Assembly (NCBI GenBank): GCA_013265495.1
Contig: MU058016.1
Coordinates: 1-64,000 of the forward strand
Direction: 5' to 3'
Length of the DNA stretch: 64,000 nucleotides
Source of the DNA: Vicugna vicugna
Lineage: Eukaryota
Shown: one piece after another, positions 37,461 to 49,800 of the stretch
How positions within the stretch are numbered: position 1 is the first letter of the stretch
How the letters are laid out: the number at the start of each line of letters is the position of its first letter
Translations under genes and position numbers: made by a program
The notes under the pieces: model-generated
Told to the model about the DNA's origin: nothing
The model's database searches: none
What the model saw: the letters and a program-made list of their open reading frames with translations, nothing else

Positions 37461-40400
37461 TTTATAGCCCTTCTTATTTATATCCTTGTTGGAACAGAGT
37501 AGGCTCAAGTCAGCACAAACCACCTGGATCTTCCCTTAAGTTAGAAAAAACATTCAAAATATCTGTACTATTTATTTATTTTCAGAGTCTTTTTATTAGA
37601 GAGTTAAGAAAGGGCAACTCAGACGCTAGTTAAGTTTCTCCAACATCGAAACCTCAAACTTGCTCTTAAATAGGGTTTCTACCTTAGAATTCAAAGTCAT
37701 AGTTGAGAAATAATCTGTCTTACCCTTCCAGAAAGATCAGATAAGATGAAGAAAAAAATAGAAAGCAAGGCTACAAGTCTAAGGCAATGGGATAGAATTG
37801 GCTGGTAATAAAAACTAAAATTGCCTCAGATTTCACTTGCAGCTCTTATTCTTCAATCCCCTCGCCCATGATGATTTTTCAAGGACGCTTGGAATCTTTG
37901 ATAAAATATTTAAAGCAAATGACAGGGATAATCCACTGTTAATCTGCTGCCAAAGCCTCCCCTTAAGTCTGACCCAGCAGCACTTTCAGGGTACATTAGC
38001 CCCAGTGGCATCCAATCAATAACAACCACCTTCCACATCCCAAAATTTAATTCTTATATCCTTACAGTATCTATTTTTAAGTAAAGAGGAGGTCATACAC
38101 TAAGAATTCCTCAACATCTTACATAACATTAGCCTGTGCACACTTCTAATACCTAAAGAATTAAAAAACAGAACAAAAAATAAACAAAAACTTTTATACA
38201 AGCTGAAGGGATAAAATTTGGGAACAATTCAGTATTTTCTTGATGTCTTTGAAATTTAACATTTCAAATAATTTTCAGAGTAATACATTACAATATATTA
38301 ACTTTAAATAATTAATACATTTCTCAATTTGGTAAACCAAGAGTTTACTTTCTTTGATTTAAATGGAAACAAATCACCAATAAATTAACTCTTTGATCTC
38401 TGTTTGGCATTGATTGTAAATATTTTTTTCATGGTACTCTGAGAGCCTATGATAGAGATTCCTTTCTCAATTAAAAAATATAGGTACTAAATGTTACCTA
38501 AAAATATAGCTGTGACTTTGTTAATGCCCTTGTGTCAATGTCCTTCCTATTCATAGATGTCTCTGTAAGGGTGTGCTGGCAGAACTGGAGACACTGCTAA
38601 GTTGCCAGGAATTCTTGCTATGATACGTCCATAGGAAGTCTGGGCTTTGGTCCAAGGAACTAGAGCTGGGAAAGTCACTCCCTCCATTTCCAGAGGATTA
38701 CTAAGAAACTACTCCATCCTGTAGTGTGTCCTTTTCTTACAGCTACCCATAATGATAATATTCTTGGCATTATTCTTCTGATACTGTGTTCTACTGGCAT
38801 TTCTCCACCTAAGAGGAGAGAGAGGCTCCCAAGCCTGACAGGTACTTGCTGGGAGGGCCCCACAGAAATGTCTACAGGAGTTTCTCCTAAGGCTTTTAAA
38901 GGAGATTCCACCAGAGGTCAAAGTACCCTCCATCATCACAAATCTTTCAGAAGCAGCCACTTATATGAGATATAAGTCACACACCCTAGGAAGTGAGATG
39001 GCAGAATTATCTATTCTTGTTACAAACACAAAGTCATACCACAGTGAGAAATGGCAGAGTTGTATTAAGCTGATGGGTAATCTGGCAGCAAACAAACATA
39101 TACTTATTGTCTTTTCAATCTAAGTTGTATAACTGTTCCCTCCTGTCTTCCATGCCAAACTTTTCAAAGACTTCATCTCCAAATGACCATCATTAGTAAA
39201 GCAGAAGGGGCAGTCAGTATCATCTTTCCTGAAGCCATTGTTGGAAGAAAAAGACAACATGAAAAAAGAGGAATTCAGCTCTTTTCAGTTAGCATTTTTA
39301 TTGACTACCCAAGGGGTGCATGACTTTAGCAGATGCATAAGGTTATATCCAGCCCTAGTGGAACTGAAGGCATGTAGAGTAAAGCTTTCAAAATCAACAA
39401 GATAAATTCACTTCCGAACAAAACCACAGACGTAGGCTCCCTGAAGCCACTGCAAACTTCAAAAAACACTTATTACTCATGCCTTCTAGCACATTCATAT
39501 TTCCTAGTATTGTTTCCAAATATTCCTAGCATTCTCTGTAAATAGCTTTTCTTTCCTGGAATTTACCATTGACATTACTTTTTAAATTTGTTCCTAAATT
39601 TGCTTTCATCAGAATTTAAGATTTTTCTTCCCCTAAAGGATGTCAAAATTTATCATAGCTAAATTTAGAAGGATAATGGAACAGGTATATCCCCTTCTCA
39701 AAGCACTTTATATAATTATATTGAGGTTCATTTGGAACAACAAACAGAATTTGAGAGTGCCACATTCTAACTGCAGACAATTCTTCATACTTGTTCTAAT
39801 TAAGATGAGGGGTCCTTACTAGCACAGCTGGTCTTGGCCACAACTGCTTTCCTCTGGCAAATGGAACATGAGATCATAATCTTTCTTATTAAATGTTCAT
39901 AACATCAGATAATCTGCACTGCAATTAATTTCTATGAGGATAAGGGAGAGTTAACTGGAGACTTAACAGATATCAACTCTAAAGAAGTTCTGAGGCTTGG
40001 TAATAACACCAGAGGTGAGATTTTACATGGAAGCCTAGAAAAATACTTACTAGCATACTAAATAATATCATATTAATAAAATAAATGTCTGTTGTATTAA
40101 CCATCTTTATGGAAGTGGTTTTACCAGGTTTTATTGTTCAGATAATTGATATAACCTGATTGTAGAGTTAAGGTCTCAAAGCACATTTTGGGATTAAAAC
40201 CAAACTCCCTACCAAATAATAGCACAAATGAAAAGAACATCCAGGACCCTGGACCTCCTAGAATTAGATGTACCTCCTCGCTTTCTTACTCCTCTGATCC
40301 TGCAGGAGTTGTAGGAACTGTGTAAGAAAGATGAAATATTATTTAAATTTGCTACAGGTCTGGAGAAGTTCTGCCTGTGGGCAAGATCAAGGTGCATTCC

Positions 40401-42489
40401 AAGGCTGAACCTTAGACAAAGGGCCCCAAATGACATCAGAAGAGAACGAAGACCCTAAGGAGTTTCTAGTCCCCACAATAAGTTCCACTGGACTGGGGCA
40501 GCAATGACAGAAGAGCTGGGAGGAAAAAAACCAGAGGAAGCAGGACTGCACGCATGGTGGATCAGGTGCAAAGGAAAGATCTGTGAATGAATGAGTGAAT
40601 GAGTTGGTAAGGCTATTGGATCCATTTCCTTTGTTTCTTTAATCCATTACTTCCCAAAGCTTGGTCTGGGATATCATTTTGAGTGGTAATAGTCTGTCAC
40701 AAAGCCTAACTCAGGTTGACAAAGTTTTTCCATTCAATTTTCTAATAACAGGGGAAAAGAAAATCTCAATTTGATGTTAGTAGGTCTTTAACATCTCTCT
40801 AATGTTGTTTTAACAAGACGAAGATGTGCTCTCAGGCACTGAGCCTCCAGGTAACATCATCGAGCTAGAACTGTACATACTTTTTTCATTTTCATCCTAT
40901 TAATTTTTATAGTTACCATCTATTTTAGAATAGAGTTTTTCTGAGTTGTGACAGTGATGTAATATTTTCTTTTAAAATAATCTATTTAAGTCCCCAAATT
41001 GAGTTGTTTAAAAGCAAAACACTAAGTGAATAATAAAGGTCATGTGTATATAAGGCAAAAATGAGAGATACTCAAATGAATTAAATTTGAGAGGCTCTGT
41101 TCTAATTGCCTTGGGTCTCACGTGGACCTTAGGTCTCATTGCTGTTCTAACTGTGGAGACTTGATGTCAACTTTAGATGGCATCACAGATGAGCCACAGA
41201 TCTAGAAGCTACTCTCTGAATGCACTGGATGAGATATAGGTCTAGAAGCCACTGCCTCGCCCAGCAAGTACAGTAACCTGAGACAGAAGTCCATCAAACA
41301 AATCCATATGTATTCTTCAGTCCCAACATGAACAACTTAAGTGCGAATACAAAACTCCACGTTCCATAATCTGCCATAAATGTTATACTCTTATTGAGAG
41401 AGTTGCCTGTTAAGTGTCCCCTCTTATTGGTTCATTTGACTCTCTGCTATTAAGCTAATTTATAAATCAATCCTAAGCTAATTAATTAATGAGCTTAAGA
41501 AATGAGAGAAAATATGTTTAGAAGAAATCAAATATCAGCTAGAAATCCTGTTCAACATCAGGAACTCTCTTCAATAATTATAACTTAAAATTCCGTAAGT
41601 AACTGATAGATCTCAAACTAAATTCAGCAACAACCTGCACTCTCTAAATTGGGAGACTAAGGTTCTGGAACTAACTTGCAAAGCTGACATGAGCTGCTAA
41701 CAGATGACATTTAATTTCTGACGTTCAAAATTAGGGATAAAAAAGGGCTAAACCGGAGCTGAGGTTCCTTACGCGCTTGCTGATGGTTATGACACTGGAT
41801 AGTCAATAAAAATACTGATTAACTAAAGAAGAGATTCAACGCTTTCTGTGTTTAACCAAGCACAACCTGACTGCTACAGAACAACACTATTAAAAAATAA
41901 AACAGTAAAATAAAATCCACACACTCAGTAGACAAAATGGGTTCTCCTTTACCCCATTTTAACAAAGGATTCCTTGGTCTGCAGGACTCCAGAAACAGGC
42001 ATCAACATTGTTACTACTGTAATTTAAAAGGAAGAGAGAAAATGGAGAATTTATTATTCTTAATAATCCATATTATCTGATTCTTTTGTGTATCTGTCTT
42101 CCTTTAATTATATTGGCTCTTTGCCACTTCACAGTAATTGAGACTTAGACGCTGGGACCAAGAGGGAACTGGAAAAAAACTAAAATTCATTCATCAATCT
42201 AAACCAATCTCTCCTACCTCTCCCGTCATTATACAACCACCAAAGCTACTGCAACAACTTCCTTAATGGCTCAGAGCAACAAGAATACCTAATAACAGAC
42301 ATGCTCAAACTCCAGAATCACTGAAATATCTCGTTTTATTTAAAATAAGTCATCCTAATGTTGAAATGCTTCTAACCATAAAATTCTTTACCTCACATGG
42401 GTGCCATTGTTTAATACAATAACATTATAAATATACTTTGAGTTTCCTGGAAAAGTGACATGTAAACAAAGTTTTATTGCCATAACAAC

Positions 42490-42830
42490 TCCCTTAATGA
42501 TCCAGAAGAGGCAGTAAATAGCAAGCTGATGGATTCACAGATGGTACTGAATTGAGAAGTGTTGCAAACATCAGTAAAGGCAGGAAAAATTATGCAAAAA
42601 AAAGACCTAACATGCTTCAAATACAAGCAAAACATTTTTAACTTCATGGGGGAAAGAAAATGACATTTTCTAGTGTACCCAAAATATACTGTCCAGCATA
42701 GATGCTACAACCAGCATGTAAAAACATGCCAGCCAGAATCATTTTCAATTCTTCAGAATCAACTAACAGGCCAAACTGCTTTTAAAGGGGAGCTGGCAGT
42801 CAAATAACTATAAAGCTTGTAATAGACAGG
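42490..42830 (+). mobile_element. Possible L3/CR1 LINE remnant
   Basis: gcaagctgatggattcacagatggtactgaattgagaagtgttgcaaaca resembles the CR1 RT region (KFADDTKLGG-coding). Confidence 0.35.
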
Positions 42831-43380
42831 GGGGGAACCTATGCTTCATTAGAAACTACCAATGAGAAGTTCAAGTTTGTACATTTATAACTTTGAGAGA
42901 ATACAACTTTCCATTTAGGAAGCTCATCCCAAGTAAATGTGCTTCATCCTAAGCATTTTTATAATCCTAAGTTTGTCTCCCATTTAGGCAGAGCCATCTG
43001 TCAGGGCAGATTTTTCATATCGACTGAAACAGAAATAATGTCTTATGAGGGCTGTGCTTGGGGTTGCAGGTGGCTTCAAGTTTGTCCTGTATCTCCCATG
43101 GTGTCTAATGGGGTACATCTGAGACATGTGATTAGAAATACCATCTGCACTAGTGGTGATAGAACAAAGCAGACGTTGACACCACCACCATGCTTCTGTC
43201 TTCTATGCTTTAACCTGGGCCTTTTGGAAAATATAGACCTATTTTTAATGTATCAAATATATTTTGATATTAAAATATTATATTTCTCTTTGGCTCTCAA
43301 TATACCTGCTGTTTGTTTCATTTGTTCAGGTGCTATCCAATAGTTGCTGAATATAAAGTCTTGATGAACACAGTATAGGG

Positions 43381-43925
43381 TTTTTTTTATTTTTATTTTT
43401 ATTTTTTTGAAGTAGAGTCAGTTTATAACATTGTGTCAATTTCTGTTGTACGGCATAATGTTTTTCCTCATAGGTTACTACAAGATATTGAATATAGTTC
43501 CCTGTGCTATACAGAAGAAATTGTTTACCTAAAATATAGTAGTCTGCAAATCTCCAACTCGGAGTTATCCCTTCCCCTCTCCTTTCCCCTCTGGTAACCA
43601 CAAGTTTATTTTCTATGTCTGTGAGTCTGTTTCTATTTTTTAAATAAGTTCATTCATGTCATTTTTTTTTTGTTTAGATTCCACATATAAGTGGTATCAC
43701 ATGGTATTTTTCTTTCTCTTTCTGGCTTACTTCACTTAGAATTACAATCTCCAGGTCCATCCATGTTGCTGCAAATGGTATTATTTTATTCTTTCTATGG
43801 CTGAGTAGTATTCCATTATATACCACAGCTTCTTTATCCAACAACACACATTTAGGTTGTTTCCATCTCTTGGCTATTGTAAATAGTGCTGCTGTGAACA
43901 ATGGGGTGCATGTATCTTTTCGGTT
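43381..43925 (-). mobile_element. Camelid-type L1 3' end (antisense) with T-rich tail
   Basis: Minus ORF 43674-43901, MFTAALFTIAKRWKQPKC...PFAATWMDLEIVILSEVSQKEKEKYH...CGI, is the ORF2 C-terminus. Poly-T at 43381-43408. Confidence 0.93.
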
Positions 43926-44136
43926 CTACTATTTCTTTTTTTTTTCCCAGGAGCCAGGCCCATTCACCTGTTTCACCCAACTGAGTTCTCCAATCACTGA
44001 GGTCTGACACATGAGGTCTTATTTTAAGATGGGACTTCAATGCCCTTGTTGATCTCAGTACATGCCTTTGGAACTTTATTATATTGAGGAATCAGAAAAT
44101 CACCTTACAAGTGATCAAAAAGAAAAATAACTTAAC

Positions 44137-44347
44137 AGGAGAGAGATAAATTAGGAGTTTGGTATTGGCAGATACAATCTACTATTTATAAAATAGATAA
44201 ACAAGATTCTAATGTATGGCATAGGGAACTACATTAGTTATCTTCTAATATCCTATAATGAATAGGTATATGTATTTGTATAACTGAATCAACATGCTGT
44301 ACACCAGAAACTAACAACATTGTAAAAAAAAAACCTGTACTTAAATT
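44137..44347 (+). mobile_element. Short L1 3' UTR tail
   Basis: gataaattaggagtttggtattggcagatac...atagggaactaca...tgctgtacaccagaaactaac. Possible TSD aagaaaaataa at 44120-44130 and 44348-44358. Confidence 0.82.
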
Positions 44348-44384
44348 AAGAAAAATAATAATTTGATGTATCTATTGAGGTTAA

Positions 44385-44770
44385 CTTCAATATCCCTGGG
44401 CCCTAAAAAAGGATCTAAATCCAGTCACTAAAAATAAGTTGATTAAACACAATAGTTTATTTCTCTCCATCAAAAAAGGAAAAAGACTAGAAGTCATTGA
44501 ACCACGTCTAGTATGACATCCACAATGTCAAGCACCCAGGCTTCATCTACCTTGTTGCTTTGTCATCTTCAGCATGAAGTTTGGACATTGCAGTCCAAGA
44601 TGGTTGCTTGCATTCTAACTGTCCGCTGTGCAGCCCACTGGCCAAGAGATAGTCTTATGGCCACATTTAGCTGCAAACCGACTGGAAAATAAGGTCTTTA
44701 TTCCAAACATCCATGTGCAAGGTTCTAGTATGTCTATAACTGAATAAGAAAGAGAGGGTAGATTCTGGAA
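44385..44770 (-). mobile_element. Old MLT1 LTR fragment
   Basis: ttaaacacaatagtttatttctctc; cccaggcttcatctaccttgttgct; tccaagatggttgct; tggccacatttagctgcaa. Confidence 0.65.
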
Positions 44771-46729
44771 GATTACTAGTTTAAATTAAGAATCATTTTA
44801 ATATTTAAAGCTTGGTAATTTTAAAGATCCTTTTAACATTAGTTCTTGGTTAACAAAATAAACATTGATTCTCAACTCTTTATTCAACACAGTTTCTTTG
44901 AGCTTGGTACCTGAACAAAATTTCCTGATTTTTCTCAGCTTCTAAAGAATTCTGCTTCATGGTTTTACGACATGTGGTACTACAGGAATTTCTTTGTTTA
45001 TAATATCACAAAATGCAAGGCAAAGTGAAAAATGTTCATGAAATGATAAAAAGTAAACTTGAAGTGTTCTCTTTTTTCTACAAAGGCCTTCACTTTTTTT
45101 TTAAAGCTGTAATTTTAGAACCAGTTAAAGTAATCACGTCAGGACGGACCCCTTTAAATATTTCAGTCACAGTAAAAATGTTTATGTCTCTTATGTCACA
45201 TTTTAAAAGTATGTAATTAATATAAATTCGTGCTCTTTAATATAGTAAATCACATCAGACAATCAACTATTCATTTAACCCTTAAGGGGGAGGAACTAGC
45301 TAGTTTTTGCTTAGCAAGTGGCTCACTGTTAGTTGTCACTGTTAATCAGGGACATTAATAATTTCACCAGTTATTTAAATGTTGATGATTCCACACAAGT
45401 ATCTCTTGCATATTTCTAGAAACTGAACAAATTATTGCAAATAACAGGAAGTCTAAATTTGGTGAAAAAATAACTAACTAGGGGATTAAGTGAAAGGAAT
45501 ATCCAACACTACAACAATTAGAAGGAATTTTCTTCAAGCATCACAGTAGAAAATTACAGTTCCTCTTCAAAGTTAACTTGAGCCTAACTCTAAAATTCAC
45601 TTCAAGTCTCTAAGCCATTCCCTGTACTTTACTGAAAAACCATGCATTTGTAAATTTTTAACAATCATCTCAAACATTTATGATCAGCTTGAATAGAAAC
45701 ATATTTCTGTTTTTCTCTTTTTTTTCATAGCAAACAATGAGGCAATTTGAAAATATTTCAAAGAAATACATCTAAATAGCAGGAAATCATGTGTAAACCT
45801 CAGGAAATACATTACAAACAGAGAAATTTTGATCTCTGATCTTTAACATGAGAGATGCAATGGCTCTGGTGAAGTAAGCATCAGCTATTGGAAGGAGCAT
45901 GTAATGAAATTTTACTCTCCAATCACAGCGGAACCCAGAATAACCACGTAACTGCTAGGCTGAAGGGAGGTGAATAACTCATGCCTGGGGTAAGATTTCT
46001 ATGCTCCACAACAGCAATTCACACCCCTCAGACATGGTCTTCCAGACATCTTCCTGATAAAACCAAAAGAACCTGCAAGATTCATTTTTGCTTTGTCAAC
46101 ATCTATGGGGCTGTTTAGATCCAACTATTAGCAAATAGTGTCTAGTAGTCTGAAGCATCCAAAGCATCAGTCCATAGTCCAACTTCTCTGTATTTAAATA
46201 ATTGTCTAAAACCAATTCCAACTAAGAAGTCAATGACCCTAAATCAACACAATTTTAGGTGCACATAGATTGGCCTAAATGAAGGCACAAGCCTTACACT
46301 GCTTCTGAGAAAGTAGAAGAATGAGATAAATGCATTTTTTTCTTAATCCTTTACCCAGAGTTACTGTTTCTCACGTCCAAAGAGTGTGTCTTCTTAACAA
46401 GGGAAAGCAATGACTATGTTTATGCCACAGTGAACAAAAAGGTGGGCACTTCCAAGCAGTGCTCTACAACTTATCATTGTCCTTTTCAGGGCTCAGAGAA
46501 ATAAAATTTATTAACAACTGTCAAGTATAATTCTCTTCCCCCGGCATCTTTCTCTCAGACATACACACAGCACACATAAATACTCCCTATTCCCTCACAG
46601 TTCAGTAAACACTAAAAAGCCATTATGATTCGAAGACAGAAAATTCTGTGTCTCTGGATATCAACCTAAAATCAGAATATAAAGCTTTTCCCTACTTCCT
46701 CTGTAATAGAAACTAGCAAAGAGAGCAGG

Positions 46730-46900
46730 CTTTAACTTCAATTTTAATTCTAGTTCTGCGCAACTTTGAGCATAAAGCCTCTCTGAACTTCCATTTTCCT
46801 AGACTCAAAATTAGGATAATGCCTAACTTACCCACATGTAGATAAGGACTAGATGCAGTATCTTTAGGAGACTATCACACAATCTCTAGCACATAATATG
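46730..46900 (+). mobile_element. MIR SINE fragment
   Basis: cctctctgaacttccattttcct...aaaattaggataatgccta...ctagcacata. Confidence 0.55.
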
Positions 46901-47204
46901 ACTTCACTGATAGAAGTCTCTACTCCTTCCTTATGTGTGAACCAAGATTCCTGGCACCATTGTAAACTCTGGGATGAACATTTCTTTGTACACTTAGGGT
47001 AAGACTAATCAACCAAATTAAACAGACTTTTGAAGTACTAAATGGTATTATCTGCTCTTTTTTTTTTTCCAGAATCCATTTGAAAAGCAAACCACACAGG
47101 CACTTCAGAAGTATCCAACATTCATGAAGCAAGATGAAAGTTGTCAACTCCTTCATTATGGACAGAGAAACCTAATACTTTCTACAGCCTTGAACAATAG
47201 TACC

Positions 47205-47592
47205 TAGTATCTCCAATAATCCAGACCAAAATTCTTCCTCTTCGTCCCCCATGGCAGAGATTGAAGTGCCTGGAAATTCCTGTTTCCCTGGAGCAGCCCT
47301 TAACAAATGAGTGCCCAAGGGATGGGGGAATATGGTCATACCAGCTCCCCTGTCCTGAACCAGACACTCCAGGGTGTGACCTGTGTTGTCTCCAGGGCCT
47401 TCTCCCTAAAAGACTCACCCTGCTACTGTCCTGAGACTTTGCTTGATATCATGTCCTTGCTGGGCTTGCTTCCTTTCTGGTCCTGCCTTCCCAACCTCCT
47501 ACCAGGTTTCCCGAGCAAACTTCCGAATAAATCACATTCATAGAAACAAATTCTTTCAAAGTCAGCTTCTAGGGAGCCCAGCCTAAAAAGGA
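47205..47592 (+). mobile_element. LTR16-like ERVL LTR
   Basis: ggagcagcccttaacaaatga...ccttcccaacctcctaccaggtttccc...AATAAAtcacatt...cagcttctagggagcccagcctaa. Confidence 0.8.
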
Positions 47593-47734
47593 CATCCATT
47601 CTGGGAACCTCTGGGCCAAAACAGGGGGGCTGTGCCCATTCATTCAAGGGAACAGTGATAACTATCTAGCGACAGATATGAACAATCCACAGACAGGTAA
47701 CAGAGTCCAGCTGGCCTCACTCACATGTGATAAG

Positions 47735-47975
47735 AATCATAAAACTGACCTATACCTGTATTTACTCTGTGCCAGGCACAACTCAGTGTTTTACCCACAT
47801 TAACCAATTTAATCTCACAACAACTTCATGAAAGGTGGATATTATATATTATATATATATATTTTTTTTTAAACCAAAGAGGTTAAGTGACTTGCCCAAG
47901 TTTACACAGCTAATAAGTGGCAGACCTGGAATTCAGGCCTTCAGAGGATATGCTTTAACCTCCAGGCCAGACATC
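47735..47975 (-). mobile_element. MIR SINE
   Basis: tttactctgtgccaggcac...tttaatctcacaacaac...agaggttaagtgacttgcccaagtttacacagctaataagtggcaga. Confidence 0.88.
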
Positions 47976-49734
47976 CTCTTAGCTAAGTACATTAATTTGG
48001 CCATTTGATGGAAAACAGATCCTATTTAATAATTTCCAATGGGGTCAGTAGTATTTTAAAAGTGAAAAATTTATTAGCAGAATATTTAAGCTATAATTTA
48101 AATTTTATTTTAATATGACATCTTTATAAACTTGCATCCTAAAATTAATTACATGCACATGAGTATGACTTCCTTTTTCTTTAACTGCATAACGAATTTT
48201 CCAAATTGACTCTTAATTTTTGTTTTCAAGGTACATATCTGCTCCTTACTTTTCTACTAGATTAAATGACTAAAACTACTTCATTTTTAATTTAAAGCAT
48301 TAATACACAATTTAAGTTCCCAATAAAATGTTGTAATATCATAATATACTATGGGCAATACTTGACATCCTGGGTCAAAAGATTTCACTTCAATAAATAT
48401 AATGATATTGCCTCAACTCAAAAGGTATCTTTGAGAAGATTTTGTATTCTGTTAATCAGTAACATCCTAGGGGAAAGAATGTAACTTTTTTCTGAAAACA
48501 TCTTGGTAATAAAATGCCATGAAATAAAGAATCTAGATACATCACAAAAGTCCTATGTCATCATTATAAATGTTTGGACTGTTATCATTTCGTATTGCCT
48601 CAGAAGAAACTGACAATTTTATGATGTAACAGTACTGAGCATCTTCAGACAAAAGTGCAGGACTTACGACTAAAGAGCACACCAAGTGTGCGTGTCAGGT
48701 GAGTCATCTATGTCCAAAATCCACAGCTAAAATCACCATGAAGAAGTAGATGGCATAAATCCAGCCGTTCTTATTCCTACACTCATTTGTCAGGAATTGC
48801 AAGGAAACAGAATGATAAAAATTAGAGGAAAAATAAGAAAAATGCCAAAGACAAACCAGCAAAGCATAGTTGTATGAAATGCTACTTTATTAAAACAGTT
48901 CCAAATCCAAGGAGGGCAGTACATCCCTTGGGTGCATCTGGAGGTAATAAGGATAGTTGTGATTAAGTATTTAGATGTGGGTGTGTATAATTTTACTGTT
49001 GATTGCGTTTCTCTTATTTCTCCTTTATAACAGAGTAAGAACATTATATTAATTTTTGAAGCTATAAATTTTAACATATTAATAAGTGAGTCATTACAAA
49101 CTGTTATTTTAAAAAGGAAGACATTTTCTGATAGAATTGAGAACCACTGCTTTATAATAATCACAAGTGCAGAAAACACTCCACAACTGACCAGTTTCTA
49201 AAAAATTGGATGGAACTGTAGTGGCGTCATCCAAGGACATGTGTCTGGTGCATGAATTTCCTTTGCAACGTCCCCAGTCACGTGTCCTCTCCCTGACCAC
49301 CTCTTTGATTCCAATGTTTAAAATAAAAGGCTCAAGTCTTTAACTTCTCAATTGAGAATTTTCAGCTTCCTCTTTGCCATATATAAATTAGCATGTGCAT
49401 CAGAACATGTTCCTGGATGATGGGGAACATATTAAAAGGCTTTTGCTGGAAACAGAATATACATTAAAATCTGAACATTAAACCAGTCAACTACAGGGGG
49501 TGTTTTAGCTTAAGAGAAGAATCTTTTCCTCATTTCTCAGATAAATGTGCAAAAATAGCTCCTAGGCATCTCAGACCAGTGGACTAATGCAGCTCTTATA
49601 TGGTAACGTTCCCTCTGCATTCTCTATGGACTCAACCTACTATTAATAACACCTAACAGGCTATATATTTGCCGCTATTTTTAAAAGATCCTTATAAAAA
49701 TATGACAGTTGAAAGATAATTTATTCATTACCTG

Positions 49735-49800
49735 ATATACATATAAATAGATATATCTATATATATAAAATATATGCATACACACACACACACACACACA
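49735..49800. repeat. (TA)n/(CA)n microsatellite
   Basis: Directly visible. Confidence 0.85.

Noticed and set aside
38675..38975. Three overlapping ORFs and a 99-nt + strand exon-like segment (38743-38841)
   Set aside because: No recognisable protein and a weak donor (CAG|GTACTT); locally higher GC explains the open frames.
40290..40317. 28-nt minus-strand exon candidate
   Set aside because: Good acceptor but a weaker donor context (GGA|GTAAGA), and no recognisable peptide in any frame.
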